From an uncultured Verrucomicrobiota bacterium (lineage in GTDB: Bacteria; Verrucomicrobiota; Verrucomicrobiia; Limisphaerales; UBA9464): a DNA stretch of 35,705 bases. The notes beneath the pieces were generated by a model, which worked only from the letters and a program-made list of their open reading frames with translations, did no database searches and was not told the DNA's origin. The position numbers and the translations under genes are program-made. Location of the stretch: assembly GCA_903925515.1 (NCBI GenBank), contig CAIYFP010000518.1, positions 1-35,705 of the forward strand, in the 5' to 3' direction. Positions 7,855-18,995 of this stretch are shown in pieces (the first letter of the stretch is position 1; each line of letters opens with the position of its first letter).

Positions 7855-9657
7855 ATGAAGCGCACTCACCACTGCAATGAACTGCGCCCCGCACACGCGG
7901 GGGCCAATGTCATCCTCGACGGCTGGGTCCATTCCCGGCGGGACCTCGGAGGTCTCATCTTCATCGACCTCCGCGACCGCGAGGGCCGCACCCAGACGGT
8001 CTTCGACCCCTCCGAGCTTCCTCCCGCCCTGTTTGACCAAGCCAGCCACCTCCGCAGCGAGTCCGTCGTCCGCGTTTCGGGCACCGTCCGCATCCGGCCC
8101 GAGGGCACCCGCAACGACAAGATCGCCACCGGCGAGGTCGAGGTCCTCGTCCGCTCCCTCGAGGTCCTCAACACGGCCGAGGTCCTGCCCTTCTCCATCG
8201 ACGACCCCGAGGTCGCCAACAAGGTCAACGAGGAACTCCGCCTCCAGTACCGCTACCTCGACCTCCGCCGTCCCGAGATGGCACGCAACCTCCGCACCCG
8301 CTCCAAGGTCGCCATCGCCACCCGCCGATACCTGGACGAGCAAGGCTTCCTCGAGGTCGAGACGCCGACCCTCTTCAAGTCCACCCCCGAGGGCGCGCGC
8401 GAGTTCCTCGTGCCCAACCGGCGCGACCCCGGCACCTTCTACGCGCTGCCCCAGTCCCCCCAGCAGTTCAAGCAGATCCTCATGGTCTCCGGCGTCGAGC
8501 GATACTTCCAGCTCGCCCGCTGCTACCGCGACGAAGACCTCCGCGCCGACCGGCAGCCCGAGTTCACCCAGGTGGACATCGAGATGTCCTTCATCGAGCG
8601 CGAGGACATCTACGCCCTCGTCGAGGGACTCCTTAAGCGCGTCTGGAAGGCAGCCATGGACTTGGACATCCCCGCCCCCTTCAAGCGCATCAGCTTCCAT
8701 GAGGCGATCAACCGCTGGGGCATCGACAAGCCCGACACGCGCTTCGGAATGGAGCTGGTCGATTTCACCGAGACGTTTCGCGCCTCCGCCTTCAAGGTCT
8801 TCGCCGGGGCCGTCGCCTCCGGCGGCGTCGTCAAGGCCATCAACGCCAAGGGCATGGCCGGCGCCACCCAAGGCCAGATCGAGACCATGACCGACCACGC
8901 CAAGAGCCTCGGGGCCAAGGGCCTCGCCTACATCAAGGTCGAGGGCGGCGAGTGGAAGTCGCCCATCGTCAAGTTCTTCACCCAGGCCGAGAAGGACGCC
9001 CTCGTCTCCGGCCTCGCCATCGAGGAGGGCGACCTCGTGCTCTTCGCCGCCGACCCATGGCTCAACGCCTGCGAGATCCTCGGCAAGATCCGCCTCTACT
9101 GCGCCGACGTCCTCAGGTCCCAGGGCCGCCTCTCCTTCGACCCGCGCCGATTCGACTTCCTCTGGGTCGTGGACTTCCCCCTCCTCTCCTTCGACAAGGA
9201 AATGAACCGCTGGTACTCCAGCCATCATCCCTTCACGGCGCCCGTCGCCGAGGACATTCCCCTCCTCAAGCAAGACCCCAGGCAGGTCCGCGGCCAGCAC
9301 TACGACATCGTCGTCAACGGCGTCGAGCTCGGCGGCGGCTCCATCCGCATCCACCAACCCGACGTCCAAAGGACCATCTTCGAGGACATCTTGCAGATCC
9401 CCCCGGATGAAACCCGCCTCCGCTTCGGTTACATGCTCGAGGCCTTCAAGTATGGCGCCCCGCCCCATGGCGGCATCGCCCTCGGATTCGACCGCCTCTG
9501 CGCCATGCTCTGCGGGACCTCAAGCATCCGGGACGTCATCGCCTTCCCCAAGACCGCCAAGGGGACCTGCCTCATGACCGACTCCCCATCCCCCGCCTCG
9601 GCGCGTCAGCTCCGCGACCTTCATCTCGAGGTCAAGACGGCCCCGCCCAAGGCCTAG
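7855..9657 (+). CDS. aspS: Aspartate--tRNA ligase
   Basis: Motifs MKRTHHC, RDLGGLIFIDLRD, YRYLDLRR, STPEGAR, LPQSPQQFKQ, CYRDEDLRADRQPEFTQ, GGGSIRIH, GAPPHGG and IRDVIAFPK. Confidence 0.98.
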   Translation: MKRTHHCNELRPAHAGANVILDGWVHSRRDLGGLIFIDLRDREGRTQTVFDPSELPPALFDQASHLRSESVVRVSGTVRIRPEGTRNDKIATGEVEVLVRSLEVLNTAEVLPFSIDDPEVANKVNEELRLQYRYLDLRRPEMARNLRTRSKVAIATRRYLDEQGFLEVETPTLFKSTPEGAREFLVPNRRDPGTFYALPQSPQQFKQILMVSGVERYFQLARCYRDEDLRADRQPEFTQVDIEMSFIEREDIYALVEGLLKRVWKAAMDLDIPAPFKRISFHEAINRWGIDKPDTRFGMELVDFTETFRASAFKVFAGAVASGGVVKAINAKGMAGATQGQIETMTDHAKSLGAKGLAYIKVEGGEWKSPIVKFFTQAEKDALVSGLAIEEGDLVLFAADPWLNACEILGKIRLYCADVLRSQGRLSFDPRRFDFLWVVDFPLLSFDKEMNRWYSSHHPFTAPVAEDIPLLKQDPRQVRGQHYDIVVNGVELGGGSIRIHQPDVQRTIFEDILQIPPDETRLRFGYMLEAFKYGAPPHGGIALGFDRLCAMLCGTSSIRDVIAFPKTAKGTCLMTDSPSPASARQLRDLHLEVKTAPPKA

Positions 9658-9658
9658 G

Positions 9659-9737
9659 GTCGTGGCGCGCTCCCCGTTGGACACGAGGATCCCTCGCGGC
9701 ACAACACCCGCCAGGGCTGGAACACCCCACGAGCCGG
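9659..9737 (+). repeat. REP/MITE-like family 1, copy B, between convergent aspS and glnB
   Basis: Core 9659-9705 matches the reverse complement of copy C at 42/47; tail CACGAGCCGG at 9728-9737. Confidence 0.8.
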
Positions 9738-9855
9738 TTCACCCCGGCGCCTGATGGCCCCATCTGCCCGGCTGGCACGTGGGGCCTTCCCTTGATCACG
9801 GCCCGCAAGCCGCCCCTCCGGCCCCCAACCAGCGCCCTCGCCAACCATTCCCCCC

Positions 9856-10232
<377 letters not shown>

Positions 10233-10547
10233 GCATGGATTCATCCACATGGCCGGGCCCTCCGGGCATCAAACGCCACGATTGCCCAACTCCTGCCTCG
10301 TCCCGAGCCACTTGCCGCTCCACGACCCCCCGTTTCTCCAGCAAACCCACGCGTCCCCACGTCGCCCATGGCCGGGAATCCCGGCTGGCCACCGCCGCCC
10401 TCGCGACCGCCACGTCGCAGGTCGCCCTCCTTCGAGGCAAGGTCGCCGCCGGGCTTGCTGCCCCGGCCCGGCCCGATCGATGCCCTCGTCCATGATCGCC
10501 TCGCCGATTCCGCCCTCACGCTTCGGGGTTCGAGCGAGGCTGCACCA

Positions 10548-10661
10548 CCGGCCGACTCGTACCCCCTTGTATCGCGCCTCAAGAAAGGCCGGGGTTTCGC
10601 CGCGAGGGATCCTCGTGTCCGACGAGGAGCGAGCCACGACATGGGGCACGACACGAGCCGG
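10548..10661 (-). repeat. REP/MITE-like family 1, copy C (core inverted)
   Basis: Core 10594-10640 is on the minus strand; flank GGGGCACGACACGAGCCGG at 10643-10661. Confidence 0.8.
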
Positions 10662-10699
10662 TACCGGAATGGCACAAGGCCGCCAGCTTGCACCCGCAG

Positions 10700-12715
10700 T
10701 CACTCACCCACCCACCGATACCAACGTCCGTCCCCGGTCACCCCCTCCTCCACCACCCGAGCCTTCCCGCCCTCCAGCACGACGCGCCCCACCTCCTCCC
10801 ACCGCTCAAGGTCCCGCGACCGTTGAAGACGACCGGCCCAGCCCGCATTCCCCCTCATTTCCACCACGAACCTCCCCTCCACGTCGAAGGCCCCCGACAA
10901 CGCCACCTGAGGAAGCGACCCCGACAACTCCAGCCGCGCGCCCACAACCCGGCCCGCTTGCCCGGAACGTGTGTCCGCAACCCGCACGCGCCATGTCCCC
11001 CTCGCGGCCTCCCCCCAGCAGAACACGCTTGTGAAACGATGCCGCAAGTTCGCCGTCCGATCCTCGTGCGGGGACCACAGCCGGCTCGTCGTGCCAGCCG
11101 GCGAGACCAGTTCCACCAGCAACTCGTTGCGCCCGGGATGCTCGATGTCGAGGAACACCCGCGCCGTCTCCACCCTCAGGTCCGACGCCACCAACACGGG
11201 CAGCTCCACGCCCGCCGGCGCGCCATCGGGGATGTCCATGCCCTCGCGCCCCATCAGCGCCCATGTCGTCCAGCGCTCCGGCGGAAGGTTCGTCCAGACC
11301 CGTCCCATGCGCACCGCCGCGTCCGCGTTCGCGCGTCCCGCGCCGTACCCATGGTTGAATCGCAGCCCGGCCGCGTTCGTGAACCATCCCGGGTCCGCCT
11401 CGTCCGTGATGGACGCGGACCGCATCAGCACCTCCTTCACGTCGCGCCAACCCAACGCCGGGTTGGCCTCAAGCATGAGCGCGACGATCCCGGACACCAT
11501 GGGCGCCGCCGCCGACGTGCCGTTGAAGTTCGACGTGAACCGGCGGTCCGAGATGTCGCCCGTGACCGAGCTCCCGTTGTAGCCCCGGTTGGCCCCAAGG
11601 TCGGTCGTCCAGGTCCCGGGATTGCGCACGGCATCCCGCCCGGACGGCGCCGAGACGCACAGGCATGCGCCCTTCTCGCTGTAGGTGCAGCGCACGCCCC
11701 GGTCCGTGAGCGCTCCCACCGCCAGCACCTGCGGCGAGTTCGCGTACCCGTCGTAGTTGGCGTCGTCCGCCTGCTCGCCGCCGTTCCCCGCCGCCCACAC
11801 GTACACCACGCCAAGCCCTCCTCGCCCCTTCGTTACCCCCTCGATGCGTGCCTGCTCCGCCAGCTCACCCGGCGACACCACCGCCCTCGCGTCGTCGTCC
11901 GGGCCCCATGAGTTGTTGGAAACCGACACGATGTCCGCCCGGTGCGACAACGCCGACGCCTCTTGCGCGTCCGTCATGTCGCGCTGCAAGGCCCGAACCG
12001 GCGCGACGCGCGCGTTCCATGCCACGCCGGTGACGCCCAAGGCATTGTTGCCGACGGCCGCGATGACGCCCGCGACCGACGTCCCGTGCGCGTCAGCCCG
12101 CGGCTCGCCCGTCTCGCTGAATCCGTCCCCGCCCTCCGCCTCCGGGTCGCTGTCGTCATCCCGGTAATCCCAGCCGAGGTCCTTGCGAAGGTTCGCCTGC
12201 AAGTCCACGTGCCGCTGCTCGAACCCGTCGTCCACCACCGACACGATCACGCCCGCGCCCGTCACACCCTGCTGCCATGCGCCGAACGCCCGGATGTCAG
12301 CCCCGGCCACCCCACCCGACTGACGCGTGTTGTGAAGTCCCCATTGGCGGACGAGGTAGGGATCATTGGGCACCTGGCGCGGCCCCCGCGGAAAGGCCCG
12401 CAACGCCCATGCCGCCTCCACGGCCGGCTCCAGCATCAACCGCCCCGCCAACACCCCGGCCATCGACTCGTCGCCGTCCACCTCCGCCTGCCATGTCCTT
12501 GCCAAGGTCCCCACGGGCAACACCCGCGTCGCACCCACCCCCCGCGCGAGGGCCTCCACGTCCGCCCCGCCCAGCCTGCCCGCCCTCGCGCGCGTCCGAA
12601 ACGCCACCCAACGCGTGGCCTTGCCCGGCGACTCCCCGCCCGCCGCCGACGCCGGCGCCCCCCCAGCCAGCACCATGGCCCACCCCAGCACGGCAACGCG
12701 GCGCCATGCCTTCAT
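10700..12715 (-). CDS. Secreted kexin/furin-like S8 serine protease with P-domain and C-terminal Verrucomicrobia-type domain
   Basis: Signal peptide [19 protein letters not shown]; catalytic motifs VVDDG, HGTSVAG and NGTSAAAP; [16 protein letters not shown] and HGYGAG; P-domain LVSPAGT...WGE.ARG.W. The start overlaps the upstream stop (ATGA). Confidence 0.9.
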   Translation of the reverse strand: MKAWRRVAVLGWAMVLAGGAPASAAGGESPGKATRWVAFRTRARAGRLGGADVEALARGVGATRVLPVGTLARTWQAEVDGDESMAGVLAGRLMLEPAVEAAWALRAFPRGPRQVPNDPYLVRQWGLHNTRQSGGVAGADIRAFGAWQQGVTGAGVIVSVVDDGFEQRHVDLQANLRKDLGWDYRDDDSDPEAEGGDGFSETGEPRADAHGTSVAGVIAAVGNNALGVTGVAWNARVAPVRALQRDMTDAQEASALSHRADIVSVSNNSWGPDDDARAVVSPGELAEQARIEGVTKGRGGLGVVYVWAAGNGGEQADDANYDGYANSPQVLAVGALTDRGVRCTYSEKGACLCVSAPSGRDAVRNPGTWTTDLGANRGYNGSSVTGDISDRRFTSNFNGTSAAAPMVSGIVALMLEANPALGWRDVKEVLMRSASITDEADPGWFTNAAGLRFNHGYGAGRANADAAVRMGRVWTNLPPERWTTWALMGREGMDIPDGAPAGVELPVLVASDLRVETARVFLDIEHPGRNELLVELVSPAGTTSRLWSPHEDRTANLRHRFTSVFCWGEAARGTWRVRVADTRSGQAGRVVGARLELSGSLPQVALSGAFDVEGRFVVEMRGNAGWAGRLQRSRDLERWEEVGRVVLEGGKARVVEEGVTGDGRWYRWVGE

Positions 12716-13647
12716 CGTCGGATGCCCCAGCAGAACGGGTCGGAATCGTCCAGGATCAGCGTCGCCTCGCCGTTCACGTGCGCCGTGCCCCGGATCACCG
12801 GCGCAATCCTTCCCTCGGCCCGGCTGACCCACTCGAACCGGCCCGTGAAGAGGCTCCCAAGGATGCTCTCCTGAACCCAATCCTCGCCCGCCCCCAGCTT
12901 CCCGTCCGCCGCAAGGCACGCCAGCTTCGCGCTCGTCCCCGTCCCGCACGGCGACCGGTCGTAGGCCTTGCCCGGGCACAACACGAAGTTTCGCGAGTCC
13001 GCCCCGTCCCGCGCCGGCGGGCCGAACAGCTCCACGTGGTCCACCTCCGGAAACCCCTGCGCGTTCACAGCCTGCCTCACGCGCCATGCGTACTCGGTCA
13101 GAGCGTCCACGTTGCCCGCCTCCAGCGCCTGCCCGGGGTCCTCCACGAGGAAGAACCAGTTGCCACCCCAGGCCACGTCACCCGTCACCATCCCATGGCC
13201 CGGCACCTCCACCCGCACCCCCCGCGCCTCGCAATGCGACGCCACGTTCGCTACCGATACGGACCCATCCTCGTGCAACGTCGCCGTCACCACGCCCACC
13301 GGCGTGTCGATGCGAACGTCACCGGGACGCGCCTTCCCAAGGTGCGCCAACGCCACCACAAGCCCGATCGTCCCGTGCCCGCACATGCCAAGGTACCCCA
13401 CGTTGTTGAAGAAGATCACCCCGAAGTCGCACCCCGGCTCATGCGGCGGCACAAGCAACGCCCCCACCATCACGTCGGAGCCTCGCGGCTCGTTCGCCAC
13501 CGCCGATCGATACGCGTCAAACTCTACCCGGAACCTCCGAACCCGCTCCGACAAGGGCCCGGCCCCAAGCTCGGGGCCGCCGTCAACGACGATGCGCGTC
13601 GGCTCCCCGCCGGTGTGGGTATCAAGAATGCGAATGAAATGCTTCAC
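12712..13647 (-). CDS. Proline racemase family, probable 4-hydroxyproline 2-epimerase
   Basis: Motifs [37 protein letters not shown] and [11 protein letters not shown], with two catalytic Cys. Start is GTG 13647 or alternatively ATG 13689. Confidence 0.88.
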   Translation of the reverse strand: MKHFIRILDTHTGGEPTRIVVDGGPELGAGPLSERVRRFRVEFDAYRSAVANEPRGSDVMVGALLVPPHEPGCDFGVIFFNNVGYLGMCGHGTIGLVVALAHLGKARPGDVRIDTPVGVVTATLHEDGSVSVANVASHCEARGVRVEVPGHGMVTGDVAWGGNWFFLVEDPGQALEAGNVDALTEYAWRVRQAVNAQGFPEVDHVELFGPPARDGADSRNFVLCPGKAYDRSPCGTGTSAKLACLAADGKLGAGEDWVQESILGSLFTGRFEWVSRAEGRIAPVIRGTAHVNGEATLILDDSDPFCWGIRR

Positions 13648-13913
13648 AGGATGGCGCCGCGCATGCGGCAAAGCGAACGCCCCGTTCATGCCTCCAAAAC
13701 ATGGCCGCCGCAACCCGCCGCGTACGCCCCTGTCCAACGGAAACCGCCCTCGCCCACCCCGTGGACGCAAGGGCTCGCGGTCATCGCCCCCGGCCATCGC
13801 GCACGACGACCCGCACCCCGGGTCAGGCTCCCGCGCCACGCCCCCGGCACACAAGGCTTGCTCCTCGTCTCCGCGCCATCCGTGCTTCCCGCCCATCCGC
13901 AATCCCTTCCCGC

Positions 13914-14759
13914 TCACCCCGCCCCCAGCACCCGCCCGGCCGCCCAGCCTGCCTCCCTCAACGCCCGCACCGTCATCCCCCCGTCACGCTTCGCCAGTCG
14001 CCTCCCGTCGGCATCCATCACCAGCTCGCAGTGAAAGTACGACGGCGCTGCCCATGACAGCGCCCGAAGCACCAAGAGCTGCCTCGCCGTGCTCGCCAGC
14101 AAGTCCTCCCCTCTCACCACCTCGGTGATCCCCATCAGCGCATCATCCACCGCGCATGCCAACTGGTAGCTCGGCAGCCCGTCCGGTCTCCACACCACGA
14201 AGTCCCCAAAGTCCTCCCCGCCCACGAACCGCTGCCTCCCACACCTCCCGTCCTCGAATTCAATCGCCTCCCCCTCCGGCACCCGCATCCGCCAGCTCAC
14301 GGCACGCCCCGCCCCCGCCTCGCCAACGCCCCGCACACGACACGTCCCCGGATACACCGGCTCCGTCTCCCCCGCATGCGGCGCCGCCAAGGCCGCAAGC
14401 ACGTCCTTCCTTGAACACGCGCACGGATACACCCAGCCCCCCGCCTTGAGCCGCTCCAACACCCCCGCGTACAACCCGAGCCTCCCTGACTGCGACACCG
14501 GCCCCTCGTCCCAGTCCAGCCCAAGCCAGCGCAGGTCCTCCTCAAACGCCGCCTCGTGCTCCCGACGCGACCGCTCCCGGTCAAGGTCGTCGCATCGCAA
14601 CACCAGCGTTCCCCCTGCCTCCCGCGCCCGCTTCCATGCCATCCCAAACGTCCGCGCATGCCCAAGGTGCATCGGGCCCGTCGGCGAAGGCGCCAGCCTC
14701 CCGCGATACCCCGGCGGCTTCCCGGCCCCCGCCCCGTTCACCGGCGCCCCCGCAGCCAT
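13914..14759 (-). CDS. gluQ: tRNA glutamyl-Q(34) synthetase
   Basis: Motifs [20 protein letters not shown]...YPGTCR (Zn site), GDFVV, YQLAC, VRGEDLL and LAKR. It is short and lacks an anticodon-binding domain. Confidence 0.92.
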   Translation of the reverse strand: MAAGAPVNGAGAGKPPGYRGRLAPSPTGPMHLGHARTFGMAWKRAREAGGTLVLRCDDLDRERSRREHEAAFEEDLRWLGLDWDEGPVSQSGRLGLYAGVLERLKAGGWVYPCACSRKDVLAALAAPHAGETEPVYPGTCRVRGVGEAGAGRAVSWRMRVPEGEAIEFEDGRCGRQRFVGGEDFGDFVVWRPDGLPSYQLACAVDDALMGITEVVRGEDLLASTARQLLVLRALSWAAPSYFHCELVMDADGRRLAKRDGGMTVRALREAGWAAGRVLGAG

Positions 14760-15586
14760 TCCTCATACCCCGGCAACTCGAATCCCATCAACCCCTGCGC
14801 CCGCCGGATGTCGAGCGTCGTGTCCGCCGGCCTTCGCATCCCCACGTGCGCTCGCACCGACGCCTCCCCGATCAAGGCCTCCCGCCGCGCATCCCCCCCG
14901 GCCACCAGCCGCCCAATCTCCCACCGCGACAACCGCTGCGCCCCCGCCACGTGCACGATCCCCGTCGCCCCCACCTCCAGCAGCCTCCACAACGCCCGCG
15001 CCGTCACCTCCGCCCCGATCGGGCACCGGTACTCGTCCACGAACAGGTCCAGCCTCCGCCCCGTCGCCCATGCCCGCTCCATCTCCTCGTTGAACCCACG
15101 GTCGCCCGTCGGTGATCGCCCATGGTTGATCGAGGTCCTCACCACAAGGTGCCCCGGGTCCTCCAGCACCACCCGCTCGGCCTCCACCTTCGTCTCCCCG
15201 TACACCATCAGCGGGTTCGTCCTCGCACCCTCCCCGTACGGCGCACCTTCCCCGTCAAACACAAGGTCCGTCGAGAGGAACACCATCGGCTTGCCCTCGA
15301 ACAGGCCCGCCAGCCCTCGCGTCACCTCCACGTTCGACACGCGCGCTGCCCCCGGGTCCCGCTGGCAATCCCCCGTCCGGCTCATCGCCGCGCAGTGAAT
15401 CACCGCGTCCGGTCGCTCCTCCCGGAACCGGGCCGCCACCGCTCCAGCGTCAGCAAGGTCGAGCATCCGGCGCCCGAGCCCCACCGCCACCCACCCCCGC
15501 GGCAGCCCCCGGCTCGCCATCAAGGCGCTCCCGATCAACCCCCCGGCACCCGTGACCCAGCACGTCCTCGCGTTCATCCCGTTCAT
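14738..15586 (-). CDS. RmlD-like (dTDP-4-dehydrorhamnose reductase family) SDR
   Basis: Motifs VTGAGGLIG, VIHCAA, STDLVFDG, YGETK and LFVDEYRCP. Confidence 0.88.
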   Translation of the reverse strand: MNGMNARTCWVTGAGGLIGSALMASRGLPRGWVAVGLGRRMLDLADAGAVAARFREERPDAVIHCAAMSRTGDCQRDPGAARVSNVEVTRGLAGLFEGKPMVFLSTDLVFDGEGAPYGEGARTNPLMVYGETKVEAERVVLEDPGHLVVRTSINHGRSPTGDRGFNEEMERAWATGRRLDLFVDEYRCPIGAEVTARALWRLLEVGATGIVHVAGAQRLSRWEIGRLVAGGDARREALIGEASVRAHVGMRRPADTTLDIRRAQGLMGFELPGYEEWLRGRR

Positions 15587-17715
15587 CCAGGCCGTCGCAG
15601 CGGCGTCATCCGTGCCGGAACACGCCCCTGGACCCCTCCATGGCCATGCAACGAGGCCAGCTCCATGAATTCAAGCTGGCTTCGCCGCATGGGGCTCCCC
15701 GGCTTCCGCCCTGCCCGGCGGTACGTCCCGTCCGGCCCAAGCACCCATGCGCTCGCATGGTCCGCCAATTGCCGCCCGAGGATGTCCCACACCCGATCTC
15801 GCAACCGCCCGTCCTCCACCGGGAACGCCACCTCCACCCTCTTGTGCAGGTTCCTCGGCATCCAGTCCGCGCTCGCCACCCATGCCTCCGGTCGCCCCCC
15901 GTTCCCGAACGCCCACAGCCGCCCGTGCTCAAGGAACCGGTCCACGATGCTCCGCACCCGGATGGTCGCGCTCATCCCTTCCACCCCCGGCCTCAGGCAA
16001 CAAATGCCCCGCACCACCAAGTCCACCTCCACCCCGGCACGCGAGGCCCGGTACAACGCCTCGATCACGTCTGGGTCCACCAACGAGTTCATCTTCGCCA
16101 TGATCCTCGATGGCAACCCCACCCGCGCATGCGACGCCTCCCGGTCAATCCGCTCGATCACCCGCTCGTGCATCTCGTACGGCGCCACCAGCAGCCGACG
16201 CGTCCCCCGGAACCGGCTCAGCCCCGTCAACAGGTTGAACAACTCCGCCACGTCCTCGCCCACCTCCGGCCGCGCCGTCAACACGCCCACGTCCGTGTAA
16301 AGCCGCGCCGTCGATGGGTTGTAGTTCCCCGTCGAGAGATGCACGTACCGCCGGAGCCCGTCGCCCTCCCGCCGCACCACCATCGCCAGCTTGCAATGCA
16401 CCTTGTACCCCACCACCCCGTACACCACGTGCACCCCGGCCTCCTCCAGCGCCCGCGCCCACCGGATGTTGTTCGCCTCGTCAAACCGCGCCTTCAGCTC
16501 CACCACCGCCGTCACCTGCTTCCCGTTCCGCACCGCGTCCATCAGCGCGCCCACCACCCGCTCGTCCCCGCCCGTCCGGTACAAGGTCTGCTTGATCGCC
16601 AGCACGTCCCGGTCCGCCGCCGCCTGCTCAAGGAACCGGATCACCGTCTCGAAGCTGTCGTACGGATGATGCAGCATCCAGTCCCTCTCCCGCACCGCCC
16701 CAAACAAGTCCTCCACCCCCGCCAACCCCTCCGCTTCCCGCCCCACGAACGGCGCATCCCTCAGCCCCGCCGCCGCCTCCCCCTCGCACGCCCCCAACAT
16801 CCATGTCGGGTTCAACGGCCCCTCCGCCTCGTAAAGGTCCTCCTCCCCCAGCCCAAGGGTCGCCAGCAACTCCCCCGCCAGCTCCGCCCCGCATCCCGCC
16901 CCCACCTCAAGGCGCACCGCCTCCCCCTTCCTCCGGTTCCTCAGCTCCTCCTCCACCGCCTCCAACAGGTTCCCCGCCTCCTCCTCGTCGATGTACAACT
17001 CGCTGTTCCGCGTCACCCGGAACGCCGACCACCCCTCGATCTCAAGCCCAGGAAACAGCTCCGGCAGATGGCCCGCGATCACCTCCAGCAAGAACACATG
17101 GTCCATCCTCCCGTCGGCCCGCGGCAATCGCACCAAGCCCGGCAACACCCTCGGCACCTGCACGATGCCCAGCCTCCGGCGCACCTCCCCGCCAACCCGC
17201 GCCGACATCCGCGCCACAAGGTTCACCGTCTTGTTCAGGACCTGCGGGAACGGATGCGACAGGTCCACCGCCAACGGCGTCAGCACCGGATGTACCCGCT
17301 TCCGGTAATACCTCCCCAACCACTCCCGGTCTGCCTCCCCAAGCCCCCGGAAGTCATGGAACCGGATGCCTTGACCCGCCAACCCCGGCATCAACTGCCC
17401 ACGCCACAACGCCCTCGCCTCCTCCAGCAAACGCCGCACCGCCTTCCCGACCAGCTCCAACGTCTCCAACGCCGTCCGCCCGTCCGGCCCCAGCCCCCTT
17501 CGCCCCGACTCCACCTCCTGCTTCAACCCCGCCACCCGTACCTCGAAGAACTCGTCAAGGTTCGAGTGCGCAATGCAAAAGAACTTCAGCCGCTCCAGCC
17601 ATGGCACCGTCGCCCGCCCCGCCTGCGCCAACACCCGACGGTTGAACTCCAGCCACGACAACTCGCGGTTGATCAACCCCGTCTCCGACACCCCTTGTTT
17701 CCTCCCCTTCGCCAT
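15583..17715 (-). CDS. ppk1: Polyphosphate kinase 1
   Basis: Motifs INRELSWLEFNRRVL, SNLDEFFEVRVA, HPFP, HHPYDSF, KQTLYR, VELKARFDE, KVHCK, TGNYN, DRFLEH and SADWMPRN. Start ATG 17715 has the SD-like GAGGGG. Confidence 0.96.
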   Translation of the reverse strand: MAKGRKQGVSETGLINRELSWLEFNRRVLAQAGRATVPWLERLKFFCIAHSNLDEFFEVRVAGLKQEVESGRRGLGPDGRTALETLELVGKAVRRLLEEARALWRGQLMPGLAGQGIRFHDFRGLGEADREWLGRYYRKRVHPVLTPLAVDLSHPFPQVLNKTVNLVARMSARVGGEVRRRLGIVQVPRVLPGLVRLPRADGRMDHVFLLEVIAGHLPELFPGLEIEGWSAFRVTRNSELYIDEEEAGNLLEAVEEELRNRRKGEAVRLEVGAGCGAELAGELLATLGLGEEDLYEAEGPLNPTWMLGACEGEAAAGLRDAPFVGREAEGLAGVEDLFGAVRERDWMLHHPYDSFETVIRFLEQAAADRDVLAIKQTLYRTGGDERVVGALMDAVRNGKQVTAVVELKARFDEANNIRWARALEEAGVHVVYGVVGYKVHCKLAMVVRREGDGLRRYVHLSTGNYNPSTARLYTDVGVLTARPEVGEDVAELFNLLTGLSRFRGTRRLLVAPYEMHERVIERIDREASHARVGLPSRIMAKMNSLVDPDVIEALYRASRAGVEVDLVVRGICCLRPGVEGMSATIRVRSIVDRFLEHGRLWAFGNGGRPEAWVASADWMPRNLHKRVEVAFPVEDGRLRDRVWDILGRQLADHASAWVLGPDGTYRRAGRKPGSPMRRSQLEFMELASLHGHGGVQGRVPARMTPLRRPG

Positions 17716-18176
17716 CCCCTCGGTCCCGCACCCTATCCCCACCCCACCCCGAACGTCGAGGCACCCCTCTGTTACGTTTCCTCCCCCCCACCGCCCGAGC
17801 GTCCAGTCCAGCACCAACGGCCCCGGCGTCCGCCCATGCAGCGGCCCGCCCTCCAACTCCCGGAACGGGTCGAACCCGCGAACCATGCGCCCTGCTCCCC
17901 GGCCCGCGTTCGCCTCCCACAACGTGCACCGCCGGTTTCCCGGGTTCCTCGCACCCGTCCACCGCCCGCCTCCGCAATCTCCGTGCCCCAACTCCCTGCC
18001 CATGACGCCACCCCCTTCTCGCCCTGCCCCGATCCCGCGCACGGGGACCTTCTCGGACCACAAAGGCCGATCGTTCCCCAACACCGCCCCGCGCGCCCAT
18101 TGGATTCGGACAGGCCAAGGTCCCATCCCACTGCGCGCTCGCCTCCCCCGCCTCGCCTTGCCTATCCTGCAACCCA

Positions 18177-18989
18177 ATGACGCTCGACTTCCTCAAGATG
18201 AGCGGCGCGGGCAATGACTTCATCCTGCTCGACGACCGCGACGACGGCGTGCGACTCGACCGGGCCACCATCGCCCGCCTCTGCCACCGGCAATTCGGCA
18301 TCGGAGCCGACGGCCTCATGCTCCTCGTCCCCTGCACCTCGGGAAGGGCAGACTGGGCATGGCGCTTCTATAACTCGGACGGCTCCGACGCGGAAATGTG
18401 CGGGAACGGCGCCCGTTGCTTTGCCCGCTTCATCCAGCGCGTCACCGGTTGGCCGCGCCAGGAGGTCACCTTCGAAACCCTCGCCGGCGTCATTCACGCC
18501 ACCCTCGCCGGCGATCGGGTCTCCATCGGCCTCACGGACCCCGCCAACCTCCGCCTCCATCAAGCCGTCCCCGTGGACGGCCAGACCGTGGTCGTCCATT
18601 CCATCAACACCGGCGTACCCCACGCCGTCGTCTTCGTCCCAGACGCCGACAAAGCCATGGTCCAAGAGCAAGGATCCGCGCTGCGCCATCATCCCCACTT
18701 CCAGCCCCGCGGCACCAACGTCAACTTCGCCCAACTCCTCGGCCATGGCCGCATCCGCGTCCGAACCTATGAACGCGGCGTCGAGGGCGAGACCCTCGCC
18801 TGTGGCACCGGCGTCACCGCCACCGCCCTCGTCGCCGCCACCATCCACGGGCTCCCCAGCCCCGTGCGGGTCCAGGTCCAAGGCGGAGACGAGCTCGAGG
18901 TGGCATTCGACCGCTCGGGCGAGTCCTTCAAGAACGTCCGTCTCAATGGCCCCGCCACGTTCGTCTTCGAGGGCCGCATCCATGTCTAG
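18177..18989 (+). CDS. dapF: Diaminopimelate epimerase
   Basis: Motifs KMSGAGNDF, GIGADG, NSDGS.AEMCGNGARC, NTGVPH, GTNVNF and YERGVEGETLACGTG. TATCCT lies 8 nt upstream. Confidence 0.97.
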   Translation: MTLDFLKMSGAGNDFILLDDRDDGVRLDRATIARLCHRQFGIGADGLMLLVPCTSGRADWAWRFYNSDGSDAEMCGNGARCFARFIQRVTGWPRQEVTFETLAGVIHATLAGDRVSIGLTDPANLRLHQAVPVDGQTVVVHSINTGVPHAVVFVPDADKAMVQEQGSALRHHPHFQPRGTNVNFAQLLGHGRIRVRTYERGVEGETLACGTGVTATALVAATIHGLPSPVRVQVQGGDELEVAFDRSGESFKNVRLNGPATFVFEGRIHV

Positions 18990-18995
18990 CCCGAC

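Noticed and set aside
17864-17886. tRNA T-arm-like GCGGGTTCGACCCGT on the minus strand
   Set aside because: The loop is only 5 nt and no D-arm, anticodon arm or acceptor stem can be built.
15640-18180. Very long antisense and alternate-frame ORFs (e.g. 846 aa opposite ppk1, 566 aa opposite aspS, 627 aa opposite recD2)
   Set aside because: They are shadows of real genes caused by high GC and biased codon usage; low-complexity P/R/H/G/A translations with no recognisable motifs.
12712-18989. Functional link between DapF and the proline racemase (same fold)
   Set aside because: They are in separate, oppositely oriented units; a shared fold alone is not evidence of a link.
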